A stretch of DNA of 64,000 nt from an uncultured Acetobacteraceae bacterium (GTDB lineage: Bacteria > Pseudomonadota > Alphaproteobacteria > Acetobacterales > Acetobacteraceae), in the NCBI GenBank assembly GCA_964236585.1, contig CAXSFE010000002.1:8171-72170 (forward strand), in the 5' to 3' direction. A model generated the notes under the pieces. It did not search any database, was not told the DNA's origin, and saw only the letters and a program-made list of their open reading frames with translations. Numbering within the stretch: position 1 is the first letter of the stretch; every line of letters begins with the position of its first letter. The position numbers were made by a program, and so were the translations under genes. Positions 16,959 through 26,755 of the stretch are shown one piece after another.

Positions 16959-17629
16959 GCCTGTCCTCCGAGCGAAGCGTTGGGGTGTGCCTTGGCCGGG
17001 GCGTGCGCCAGGGCGGCCGGGGCCGCGTAGGTGCGCAGGAACATGGACACCGAGCTGGACACCACGCGCTCGACCTCCGCGTCGCTCGGCGTGACGACCA
17101 GCTGCAGGCGGCACTGCATGCCGATCCGCGTCTGGCACAGGGCGAAGAACTGGTCGGCGGCGAAGCGCGCGTCCTCGACCACGAGCCGCCCGGCCAGGGT
17201 CTGGCGCGTCAGCCAGTCGGCCATGTGCCCGGTCGCGCGCGCGGGGCCGGCGTCGTAGAACAGGCGTGCCAGGTCCGGGAACTTGCCGGCCTCGGACATC
17301 GTGACGCGGAAGATGGTCAGCCCGGTGGGCGAGACCATCACGCGCACCATGCGCTCGCCGATGCGGCGCAGCGCGGCCTCGGGGTCGGTGTCGTCGTCGG
17401 CGCCGTCGAACAGGGCCGCGATCTTGCGGCTGCACTCCTCGTTGACGAAGGCGGCGAACAGGTCCGCCTTGCCGGCGAAGTAGTTGTAGAGGGTTCCCTT
17501 CGACACCCCGGCCTCGGCGGCGATGCGCGACATGCTGGCGCCCTCGTAGCCTTCCTGGGCGAACACCATGCCCGCGCCGCGCAGGATCTGCCGCTCCTTC
17601 TCGGGGGACAGGGCCTCGGTGCCGGACAT
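16955..17629 (-). CDS. TetR/AcrR-family transcriptional regulator
   Basis: Starts at ATG 17627-17629 (MSGTEALSPEKERQILRGAGMVFAQEGYEGASMSRIAAEAGVSKGTLYNYF), which is a canonical TetR helix-turn-helix. Confidence 0.85.
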   Translation of the reverse strand: MSGTEALSPEKERQILRGAGMVFAQEGYEGASMSRIAAEAGVSKGTLYNYFAGKADLFAAFVNEECSRKIAALFDGADDDTDPEAALRRIGERMVRVMVSPTGLTIFRVTMSEAGKFPDLARLFYDAGPARATGHMADWLTRQTLAGRLVVEDARFAADQFFALCQTRIGMQCRLQLVVTPSDAEVERVVSSSVSMFLRTYAAPAALAHAPAKAHPNASLGGQA

Positions 17630-17785
17630 CGCGCTCTCCTCCTGCCTTCCGCCCGGACCGGGCGCTCGCAAGCTTGTGACCTGCCGGCATGCGGTGCGCC
17701 AGCGCCGGTGCTTCTACACTCACGAACCGTACCATGCGGATCGGCCGGATTGACGATCGGGTCGAACCCGGTAGGTTGTCAACGC

Positions 17786-17804
17786 TGACCGAACCGATCG
17801 GTCA
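17786..17804. promoter_or_regulatory. candidate operator palindrome in the TetR / outer-membrane-factor divergent region
   Basis: TGACCGA-ACCGA-TCGGTCA, with an embedded ACCGATCGGT palindrome. No experimental or comparative support is available here. Confidence 0.25.
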
Positions 17805-17919
17805 CCGGTGCGGTGCGGGTGACCGAGGGATGGAGAACGGCTGCGTGACCCTGCGGACACGAGCGACGCTGCGGGCACGGGGCACGTCGGTTCCGCCAGC
17901 CGGACCGACACCCGGAACG

Positions 17920-19521
17920 ATGCCAGGGACGATGCAGCGGGCCTCCGCCGGAGCGTGCCTGTCCCGCCGGCGCGCTCCTCGCGTCGCCGCGGCACTGCCG
18001 GGCGCGCTGCTGGCGGTGCTGTGCGGCTGCACCGTCGGTCCGGACTTCAAGCGGCCCAGCGTGTGGTCGCCCACCTCGTGGTTCGCGAGCCGGCCCATCG
18101 TTCCGGCCTCCTACGAGGCAAGCCTGCCGGTGGCGCAGCCCGTCGACCCCGCCTGGTGGAAGCTGCTCGGCGACGACAAGCTCACGGCGCTCGAGGAGCG
18201 CGTCGGCGGCCAGAACCTCAACGTCAGGATCTACACGCTGCGCATCGCGGAAAGCCGGGCGCAGCTCCGCCTGTCCTCGGTCAACGTGCTCCCCCAGGTC
18301 AACGGAAGGGCCCAGTACGAGCGCGACCAGATCAGCCAGAAGGAGGTCCAGCGCGGGCTGAGCGCCATCGGCGGTGCGCTGCCGGCCAGCCTTGCCGGGA
18401 GCGCCAGCGGGTTCGGCTCCACGCAGGTGCCGCCGATCGACCTGTGGTCCGACGGCATCGACTCCAGCTACGAGCTCGACCTGTGGGGCAGGGTGCGCCG
18501 CACGGTCGAGGGCGCGGACGCGGCGCTCGAGGCGTCGGGCGACGCGCGCCGCAACACGCTGCTCTCCGCGCTGGCGGAGGTGGCGCGCGACTACGTGCAG
18601 CTGCGCGGCAACCAGGAGCTGCTCAGGATCGCGCGCGAGAACCTCGTCACCGAGCAGCAGAGCCTCGTGCTGACCCGGCAGCGCTCCAGCGGAGGCCTCG
18701 GCACGGACCTCGACGTGGCGCAGGCGGCGGCGCAGGTCGAGTCGACGCGCTCGCAGCTGCCGCAGCTCGAGCAGCAGGTGCAGCAGAACATCAACGCGCT
18801 CAGCCTGATGCTGGGCGAGGGGCCGGGCGCGCTGCGCGCCGAGCTGGAGGCTCCGGGGCCGGTGCCGCCGGTGCCGCCGCGCGTGCCGATCGGCCTGCCC
18901 TCCGAGCTGCTGCGCCGCCGCCCCGACATCCGCCAGGCCGAGGCGCAGCTGCACTCGGCGACGGCCGCGGTCGGCGTGGCGGTGGCCTCGTTCTACCCGT
19001 CGGTCACGCTGTCGGCGAACCTGACCTTCACCGCGCTGCAGTTCCGCGACCTCGGGTTCTGGAGCAACAAGGGCTACACGCTGGGCCCGAACGTCACGAT
19101 CCCGATCTTCCAGGGCGGCCAGCTGCGCGGGCAGCTCGCGCTGAACAACGCCCAGCAGCGCGAGGCGGCGGTCAGCTACCAGCAGACGGTGCTGCAGGCC
19201 TGGCACGACGTGGACAACGCGCTGATCGCCTATGGCGCCGAGCAGGCGCGGCGCGACTCGCTGCGCCTGGCCGTCGAGCAGAACCAGCGTGCCCTGGTGC
19301 TGGCGCGCGACCGCTACACGCAGGGCCTGTCGGACTTCCTCAACGTGCTGACCCAGGAGCGCTCCGTGCTCGCGGCCCAGCAGCAGCTCGCGGACAGCAC
19401 CGTGACGGTCACGCAGAACCTGGTGCAGCTCTACAAGGCCCTCGGCGGGGGCTGGGAGCCCAGCTTCCCCGCCGAGCCGGACAAGGCGGCCGCGGCGAGC
19501 GGAGCCGCCGGCCCGGGCTGA
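17920..19521 (+). CDS. RND-efflux outer-membrane factor lipoprotein (NodT family)
   Basis: Lipobox LAVLCGC followed by TVGPDFKRP, the hallmark NodT N-terminus. Two OEP repeats follow. The start is uncertain, with ATG candidates at 17830, 17920 and 17932. Confidence 0.85.
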   Translation: MPGTMQRASAGACLSRRRAPRVAAALPGALLAVLCGCTVGPDFKRPSVWSPTSWFASRPIVPASYEASLPVAQPVDPAWWKLLGDDKLTALEERVGGQNLNVRIYTLRIAESRAQLRLSSVNVLPQVNGRAQYERDQISQKEVQRGLSAIGGALPASLAGSASGFGSTQVPPIDLWSDGIDSSYELDLWGRVRRTVEGADAALEASGDARRNTLLSALAEVARDYVQLRGNQELLRIARENLVTEQQSLVLTRQRSSGGLGTDLDVAQAAAQVESTRSQLPQLEQQVQQNINALSLMLGEGPGALRAELEAPGPVPPVPPRVPIGLPSELLRRRPDIRQAEAQLHSATAAVGVAVASFYPSVTLSANLTFTALQFRDLGFWSNKGYTLGPNVTIPIFQGGQLRGQLALNNAQQREAAVSYQQTVLQAWHDVDNALIAYGAEQARRDSLRLAVEQNQRALVLARDRYTQGLSDFLNVLTQERSVLAAQQQLADSTVTVTQNLVQLYKALGGGWEPSFPAEPDKAAAASGAAGPG

Positions 19522-19606
19522 GGCCGCGGGCGGGCACGCCGAAGGGCTGCCCGCTGGCCGGGCTCATGCGATCCGGTCTGTGCCGGCCCGTCCGGGTCGG
19601 GGCCGG

Positions 19607-19819
19607 CTAGGAGGTCGGCTGGTCCCGGCTCCGCGCCTCCAGCTGCCGCAGCAGGTCCGCCATCGCCGCCACGAACGCCGGCAGCACGACCAGCGGCACC
19701 AGGAGCTGCCCGGAGGGCTGCGCCGTGCCGTCCGCGCCCATGCAGCCAAGCTGCAGGCGGGCCACGCCGTTCTGCACGTTCGCGCCGCGCAGCATCTCCG
19801 CGAAGACGATCTCGTTCAT
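19607..19819 (-). CDS. small hypothetical protein (70 aa)
   Basis: Starts at ATG 19817-19819 (MNEIVFAEMLRGANVQNGVARLQL...). The ribosome-binding site is weak and no motif was recognised. Confidence 0.3.
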   Translation of the reverse strand: MNEIVFAEMLRGANVQNGVARLQLGCMGADGTAQPSGQLLVPLVVLPAFVAAMADLLRQLEARSRDQPTS

Positions 19820-19908
19820 GCCGTGCGCCCCGACCGATGGATGCGCGAGCGTAAAGGCGACGCCTGTGCGTGTCACGTCGCGGGCCGGGTGGGTAAGTCT
19901 CGACCTGA

Positions 19909-20067
19909 AAGGCCAGGGCTCTGCCCTGGACCCGCCAGGGGCAGCGCCCCTGGACCGGCCTCCGCCTGGGCCTGCGGCACGGCCCGTGGCGACAGGACTC
20001 CGCCCCAAAGTCGCGGTTTCCAAAGGCCTCCGGCCTTTGGCGGGTCCGGGCAGAGCCCGGCCTTGCC
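19909..20067. repeat. mosaic palindromic element, long form (R6)
   Basis: AAGGCCAGGGCTCTGCCCTGG + CCAGGGGCAGCGCCCCTGG, a roughly 60-bp core containing TGGGCCTGCGGCACGGCCCG, then CCAAAGGCCTCCGGCCTTTGG + CCGGGCAGAGCCCGG-CCTTGCC. Confidence 0.85.
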
Positions 20068-20104
20068 TGCTGGCTTCCTTGCCGCCCCTCTCGCGAGGCT
20101 TGGC

Positions 20105-20440
20105 TCAGCGCGCCCGGAACACCAGGCGCGAGGCCATCGTGAAGTTGGCGAACATCCCCGCCAGGGAGCCGGCTGCCACTGCCAGCACCGGCTCGGCTCG
20201 GCACAGCGGCACCGTGGCGATCAGGGTGAAGAAGGCGCCGCGGTTGAGCACGAAGCCGCCGGCATTCGACGCGACGAACAGCGCCCACTGCCGGACGGCC
20301 CCGCCGTGCTCGTGGTCACGGAACGTCCACAGCCGGTTCAGCAGCCAGTTGAGCGTGCAGGCGACCAGGTAGGCCGCCAGCCCCGCCGCGTACAGGCCGA
20401 TCCAGGGCGAGGTGGCGTACACCGTGACGGTGTCCCACAC
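20105..20440 (-). CDS. GtrA-family membrane protein (N-terminus probably extends to about 20527)
   Basis: The track ORF starts at GTG 20440. The in-frame upstream codons encode the conserved first-helix motif RFLKFGTVGTLGF, but no ATG, GTG or TTG precedes it. A CTG at 20525-20527 with GGGAG 8 nt upstream is the best start candidate. Confidence 0.7.
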   Translation of the reverse strand: MWDTVTVYATSPWIGLYAAGLAAYLVACTLNWLLNRLWTFRDHEHGGAVRQWALFVASNAGGFVLNRGAFFTLIATVPLCRAEPVLAVAAGSLAGMFANFTMASRLVFRAR

Positions 20441-20704
20441 GAAGCCCAGCGTGCCGACCGTGCCGAACTTCAGGAAGCGCAGGAGGACGGCGCGGCGTGC
20501 CGGCGTGACGAGGCTGCGGAGGGGCAGGGCGAAGGCTCCCGGCGGTTGTCCGGCGCGTAGAGGAGCAGGCAGGCCGGTGCAAGACGCCGTCGCCCGGAGC
20601 TGCCCGGCGGCGGCGTCGCGACCGCTGTGGGGCAGAGCGTTGCGGCAGGCGGAACAGCACGGCGCGGACGCGCCCGGATGCCAGGGCGCGGGTATCCGCG
20701 AACG

Positions 20705-20729
20705 AAAAAGGGGCGCCTTGCGGCGCCCC
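20705..20729 (-). terminator. rho-independent terminator of the OmpA-like gene
   Basis: On the minus strand the hairpin GGGGCGCC-GCAA-GGCGCCCC is followed by TTTTT. It lies about 28 nt after the stop at 20757. Confidence 0.75.
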
Positions 20730-20756
20730 TTTCGCAGCCCGTCCCGGAGGAAGGGT

Positions 20757-21890
20757 TCAGTGCAGGATGATCTCGACGCGGCGGTTCTGCGGCTCGCGCA
20801 CGCCCTGCGCGGTCGGCACGAGCGGGTTGCTCTCGCCGTAGCCGTGGATGCCGATCTCGGCGCGCGGCACGCCGTCGCGGACCAGCTCGGCCTCGACGCT
20901 CTTGGCGCGACGCACCGACAGGCCCTGGTTGTAGGCGGCCGTGCCGGACAGATCGGTGTAGCCGTTGACCTCGATGCGGGTGGTCTGCACGTGGGTCGAG
21001 GCGTTGGCGGCCTCGTGGATGATCTGGCGGGCGCGCTCCGTCAGGTCGGCGCGGTCCCAGTCGAAGAACACGAGGTAGGTGCGGGCCGGGGTGACCGGCG
21101 GGGTCGCCATCGGGGCAGGCGCCGGCGCCGGCGGCGGCGGGGCGGTGTTGAAGGCGTAGCGCAGCCCGACCATGAGCTCGTGGTTGGCCTGCTCGTCGAA
21201 CTTGGCGTTGCCCTTCGCGATGGTGCCCGGGCCGGTGAAGTAGGTGGCGTGGTAGGCGTCCTGGTTCAGCTGGCCGAGGTAGCGGTACTCGGCGGTCACG
21301 GCCAGGCCGGGCAGGGCCGCGATGTCGTAGGAGGCGCCGACGATGCCCTGGTAGGCGACGCTGCCGTTGGTGCCGCCCACGCGGAGCAGGGTGCCGTCGT
21401 TGAACGCGCTGGTGAACGGGCTGAGGTGCGTCCAGAGATAGCCGGCGCCGACGCCGACGTAGGGCGTCACGGGGATGCCGGCGAGGCCGAAGTTGGAGAG
21501 GTTGAAGTCGTAGAGCACGTTGGCGAGGCCGCCGTAGCTCTCGGTGCTGCCGGTCGAGTTCGAGGCGACGGGCGTGCGGACGTAGTTGTTGACGTTGTTG
21601 TTCAGGTAGTGGCCCTCGATCTCGGCGCGCAGGCCGTTGCCGAGGCCGTAGCCGATCGCGGCCACGCCGTCGAAGCCGTCGCCGAAGCGGTAGCGGCTGT
21701 GCTGACTGATGCCGTCACCGCCTCCGCCCTGCGGGCCGGGGCGCAGGTGCTCGTCCTGCAGCAGGTTGTAGCCGGCGCCAGCCGAGATGTAGAGGCCGTC
21801 GATCGGCGGCGCGGTCTGCGCCGAGGCGGCGGCGGCAGCGAACGCCGAGCCGAGGAGGGTTGTTGCCAGGAGGGCAAAGCGGATCCGCAT
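20757..21890 (-). CDS. outer-membrane beta-barrel protein with C-terminal OmpA-like peptidoglycan-binding domain
   Basis: Starts at ATG 21888-21890 with signal peptide MRIRFALLATTLLGSAFAAAAASA (alternative ATG at 21908). An aromatic-rich beta-strand region is followed by a Pro-rich linker (PPPPAPAPAP) and an OmpA-C motif (NGYTDLSGTAAYNQGLSVRRA). Confidence 0.85.
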   Translation of the reverse strand: MRIRFALLATTLLGSAFAAAAASAQTAPPIDGLYISAGAGYNLLQDEHLRPGPQGGGGDGISQHSRYRFGDGFDGVAAIGYGLGNGLRAEIEGHYLNNNVNNYVRTPVASNSTGSTESYGGLANVLYDFNLSNFGLAGIPVTPYVGVGAGYLWTHLSPFTSAFNDGTLLRVGGTNGSVAYQGIVGASYDIAALPGLAVTAEYRYLGQLNQDAYHATYFTGPGTIAKGNAKFDEQANHELMVGLRYAFNTAPPPPAPAPAPMATPPVTPARTYLVFFDWDRADLTERARQIIHEAANASTHVQTTRIEVNGYTDLSGTAAYNQGLSVRRAKSVEAELVRDGVPRAEIGIHGYGESNPLVPTAQGVREPQNRRVEIILH

Positions 21891-22439
21891 CGTGTCTAAG
21901 TCCTTCATGCATGCGCCACCTGGAGACCGCGGAGAGCGGCCGTGGCGCGAACAGGCCTGTAAGAGCACAGAAAGTTTCCGGGTTGCCCTCACAGATTGTA
22001 ATGGCCGCCCTGCTTCGGTCGACTGGAAGCCGGCGTTGCGGAACTGCCACACTCGTCTTTGTTGCCAGTCCATTCCATTCGCGCCCCTTCGCGAGACCTT
22101 GCGCCGGCCAGGCACGCGCGGCATTCAACTTTGTTAAACGATTCATTAACTTGCGTTAAGGCTGGCTGAGGCCGCCGAGGAAGCAGGCTTGACGACCTGA
22201 AATCGAGACCTGCCCGGCTCGGGCGCATGCCGGCAGCGCCGCTTTCCGATCCGGAGGCGTCCGGACCTGACGCAGGCCGCACTCGCGGCATGGCCGCTCC
22301 AGCCGCGCCGGGACGCGTCTGCGTCCCGGACGCACATGGCTGGAGAGCGGCGAGGCACGTTGACGCGGCCGTGGCGGCTGATCAGGGTCGAGCCCCTCCG
22401 TGATCCCGGCGCCCGTGCGGCGCGCGGCATTCCCGTTCC

Positions 22440-23642
22440 ATGGTGAGATCGATGATCAATCCCCCGCCAGCGGTGCCGCGCCCGGATGCGCGCCCCGCCA
22501 ACCCGCGCTTCTCCTCCGGGCCGTGCACCAAGCATCCCGGCTGGTCGCTCGCGGCGCTGGACGCGACCTGGCTCGGGCGCAGCCATCGCGCGCCCGGCCC
22601 GACGGCGGCGCTCGCCGAGGTCATCGAGCGCTCGCGCGCGCTGCTCGGCATGCCGGCGGGCTGGCGGCTGGCGATCGTGCCGGGCTCGGACACCGGCGCG
22701 GTCGAGATGGCGATGTGGTCGATGCTCGGCGTGCGCGGCGTGGACGTGCTGTCCACCGACAGCTTCTCGCGCCACTGGGCGGTCGACGCGACGGCCCACC
22801 TGCCGGTCGACGCCCGCGTGCTCGAGGGGCCAAACGGCCGGCTGCCCGATCTCGCGCAGGTGGATTTCGCGCGCGACGTGGTGTTCGCCTGGAACGGCAC
22901 CACGGCGGGGGTGTGCTTCGCGGACGGCGACTGGATCCCGGGCGACCGCGAGGGCCTGGCGATCTGCGACGCGACCTCAGCGGCGTTCGCCATGGCGCTG
23001 CCCTGGCACAAGCTCGATGTGGTGACCTGGTCCTGGCAGAAGGTGCTGGGCGGCGAGGCGGGACACGGCATGCTCGCGATCGGACCGCGCGCGGCGGAAC
23101 GCCTGCGGGCCTACACGCCGCCCTGGCCGCTGCCGAAGCTGTTCCGCATGACCGAGGCGGGCGTGCTCAACGAGGGGCTGTTCCACGCCGATACCATCAA
23201 CACGCCGTCGATGCTGTGCGTGGCCGACGCGCTCGACGCCCTCGCCTGGGTGGAGCGCGTCGGCGGGCTGCCCGCGATGATCGCCCGCTCGCAGGCCAAT
23301 CTCGCGGCCGTGGGCGAGTGGGTGGCGCGCTCGGGCTGGGCGCGGTTCGTGGCGGAGGATCCGGCCACCCGGTCGAGCACGTCGATCTGCCTCGCGATCG
23401 ACTCGCCATGGTTTGTGGCCCTCGACATCGTGGCGCAGCGCACCGCCACGCAGCGTATGGCGGCGATGCTGGAGGCCGAAGGCGTGGCGCTGGACGTGCT
23501 GGCGTTCCGCGACGCGCCGCCGGGGTTCCGGCTGTGGGGCGGCGGCACGGTGGAGGCGTCGGACATGGCGCTGTTGCTGCCGTGGCTGGACTGGGCGCAT
23601 GCGGCGGTCGGCGCGGAGCATGCGCTGCGTCGGGCGGCCTGA
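22440..23642 (+). CDS. serC: phosphoserine aminotransferase (long alphaproteobacterial type)
   Basis: Carries RPANPRFSSGPCTKHPGW, GSDTGAVEMAMWS and WSWQKVLGGE. The start could be the Met at 22452. Confidence 0.8.
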   Translation: MVRSMINPPPAVPRPDARPANPRFSSGPCTKHPGWSLAALDATWLGRSHRAPGPTAALAEVIERSRALLGMPAGWRLAIVPGSDTGAVEMAMWSMLGVRGVDVLSTDSFSRHWAVDATAHLPVDARVLEGPNGRLPDLAQVDFARDVVFAWNGTTAGVCFADGDWIPGDREGLAICDATSAAFAMALPWHKLDVVTWSWQKVLGGEAGHGMLAIGPRAAERLRAYTPPWPLPKLFRMTEAGVLNEGLFHADTINTPSMLCVADALDALAWVERVGGLPAMIARSQANLAAVGEWVARSGWARFVAEDPATRSSTSICLAIDSPWFVALDIVAQRTATQRMAAMLEAEGVALDVLAFRDAPPGFRLWGGGTVEASDMALLLPWLDWAHAAVGAEHALRRAA

Positions 23643-23645
23643 AGG

Positions 23646-23768
23646 AAGGCCAGGGCTCTGCCCTGGACCTGCAAAGGGTCCGAGGACCCTTTGATCCCTT
23701 GACTTAAGAAGGGGATTCTCAAGGCAATTGCCTTGAGCGGAGTCCAGAGGCAGAGCCTCTGGCCTTGC
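23646..23768. repeat. mosaic palindromic element (R7)
   Basis: It starts 4 nt after the serC stop. AAGGCCAGGGCTCTGCCCTGG + CAAAGGGTCCGAGGACCCTTTG, a CTTAAG centre, then the variant hairpins CTCAAGGCA-AT-TGCCTTGAG (23718-23737) and CCAGAGGC-AGA-GCCTCTGG (23744-23762). Confidence 0.9.
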
Positions 23769-23802
23769 TTGCTTCCTTGCTGACCTGCCATGAGCCCCGG
23801 CC

Positions 23803-24957
23803 ATGAACGACGCCCCGAGCCCCGCGCTGCTGCCCGCCGGCCTGCGAGACCTGCTGCCACCGGAGGCCGAGACCGAGGCCGCCTCGGTCGAGGTGCTGAT
23901 GGCCGCCTTCGCGGCGCACGGCTACCAGCGGGTCAAGCCGCCGCTGCTGGAGTTCGAGGACGGTCTGTTCGCCGGGCCGGGCGCCGCCGTCGCCGACCAG
24001 ACCTTCCGGGTGATGGACCCGGACACGCACCGCATGATGGGGCTGCGCGCCGACATCACGCCGCAGGTCGGGCGGATCGCGGCGACCCGGCTGTCGCAGG
24101 CGCCCAGGCCGCTTCGGCTGTCGTACGCCGGGCAGTGCGTGCGGGTGCGGGCCGGGCAGATGGCGTCGGGGCGCCAGGTGCCGCAGGCGGGCATCGAGCT
24201 GATCGGCGTCGACACCGCGGAGGCGGACGCGGAGACCATCCTGGTGGGAGCGGAGGCGCTGGCGGCGCTGGGGCTGACGCAGGTGAGCTTCGACCTGATG
24301 CTGCCGCAGATGGCGCCGACCCTGCTGGACTGGGCGGGGATCGGGCCGGGGGAGACGCGCGCCGCCCTGACTCACGCGCTCGACCGCAAGGACGAGGCGT
24401 CGGTGACCCGGATCGGGGCGCGGCTCGACGGGCCGATCACCGGGATCCTGACCGACCTGCTGCGGGCATCCGGGCCGGCGGACAGCGCGCTGGAGGCACT
24501 CGCGCGGGTGAAGCTGCCGCCGGCGGCGTTCGCGCTGGCGGTGCGGCTGCACGAGGTGGCGGGCGTGCTGCGCAGGCGGGCACCGGGCCTTCGCCTGACG
24601 GTCGACCCGATCGAGTTCCGCGGCATGCGCTACCACACGGGGCTGTGCTTCTCGATCTACTCGCCCCTGCTGCACGACGAGCTGGGGCGCGGCGGGCGCT
24701 ACGTGTCGGGCGAGGCGGAGCCGGCGGCGGGCATGACGCTGTTCGCCGACGTGGTGCTGCGCGCGGCATCGTCGCGGCCGGCGCCGCCGCGGGTGTTCGT
24801 GCCGCGCGGCAGCGACCCGGCACGGGCGCAGGCGCTGCGGGCAGGGGGGTTCGTCACGGTGGCGGGGCTGGCGGACGTGGCGGACGCGGGGGCGGAGGCG
24901 GCGCGGCTGCTGTGCACGCACGTGCTGCGGGACGGGGCGGCGGTGGCGGTGCCGTAG
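23803..24957 (+). CDS. hisZ: ATP phosphoribosyltransferase regulatory subunit
   Basis: A HisRS-like core without an anticodon domain. The N-terminus [15 protein letters not shown] is typical of HisZ, and the gene sits next to purA as in many alphaproteobacteria. Confidence 0.8.
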   Translation: MNDAPSPALLPAGLRDLLPPEAETEAASVEVLMAAFAAHGYQRVKPPLLEFEDGLFAGPGAAVADQTFRVMDPDTHRMMGLRADITPQVGRIAATRLSQAPRPLRLSYAGQCVRVRAGQMASGRQVPQAGIELIGVDTAEADAETILVGAEALAALGLTQVSFDLMLPQMAPTLLDWAGIGPGETRAALTHALDRKDEASVTRIGARLDGPITGILTDLLRASGPADSALEALARVKLPPAAFALAVRLHEVAGVLRRRAPGLRLTVDPIEFRGMRYHTGLCFSIYSPLLHDELGRGGRYVSGEAEPAAGMTLFADVVLRAASSRPAPPRVFVPRGSDPARAQALRAGGFVTVAGLADVADAGAEAARLLCTHVLRDGAAVAVP

Positions 24958-24990
24958 GGCGGCCGGGTGGGTCCTGGCTTGACGCCAGGA

Positions 24991-25148
24991 AGCAAGGCTG
25001 GGCTCTGCCCAGACCCGCCAAAGGCGGAGCCTTTGGAAACCACTGCTTCAGGGCGGAGGCCCGACGTTGCGGGCTGTGCCGCAGGCCCAAATGGAGGCCG
25101 GTCCAGGGGCGCTGCCCCTGGCGGGTCCAGGGCAGAGCCCTGACCTTG
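24991..25148. repeat. mosaic palindromic element, long form, inverted relative to R6 (R8)
   Basis: GCAAGGCTGGGCTCTGCCCAG + CCAAAGGCGGAGCCTTTGG, then a core whose reverse complement aligns along its length with the R6 core (TGGGCCTGCGGCACAGCCCG), then CCAGGGGCGCTGCCCCTGG + CCAGGGCAGAGCCCTGA-CCTTGC. Confidence 0.85.
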
Positions 25149-25247
25149 CTTTCGCCGGCCGCACGGCTGGCGCGTGCCCTGCGCCGGGTGGCACAAGAGG
25201 CCGGCATCGGACTCGCGGCGTGCCGCGGGAAGCTGGAGGACTGGCGG

Positions 25248-26537
<1,290 letters not shown>

Positions 26538-26546
26538 GGCGGGGGA

Positions 26547-26670
26547 GCAAGGCGGGGCTCTGCCCAGACCCGCCAGGAGCGAAGCCGCCCCTGGACCCGG
26601 CTTTGCTTAAGTAACGGGTTTCAAAGGCTCCGCCTTTGGCGGGGTTCAGGGGCAGAGCCCCTGGCCTTGC
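26547..26670. repeat. mosaic palindromic element (R9)
   Basis: GCAAGGCGGGGCTCTGCCCAG + CCAGGAGCGAAGCCGCCCCTGG, a CTTAAG centre, then CAAAGGCTCCGCCTTTGG + TCAGGGGCAGAGCCCCTGG-CCTTGC. Confidence 0.9.
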
Positions 26671-26755
26671 TTCCTGCCTCTCGGGCCCGGCGTTAACCGC
26701 GGGTTAGGCGGCTCCGGGCCAGGGTGGCGCGTCAGAACGACGAAGCAACCCACTC

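Noticed and set aside
17755-17775. GGGTCGAACCCGG, resembling a tRNA T-arm.
   Set aside because: There is no acceptor, D or anticodon arm around it, and the loop is too short. It is an isolated small palindrome.
22134-22159. Three TTAA half-sites in the A/T-rich patch between the OmpA-like gene and serC (GTTAAACGATTCATTAACTTGCGTTAAG), as possible CtrA boxes.
   Set aside because: The spacings are N8 and N6, not the N7 required by TTAA-N7-TTAA, so I cannot support a CtrA site.
22308-22329. A strong hairpin CCGGGACGC-GTCT-GCGTCCCGG in the serC leader, as a riboswitch or attenuator.
   Set aside because: It is a single stem with no alternative pairing, no U-tract and no conserved riboswitch core that I can recognise. 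This is insufficient evidence.
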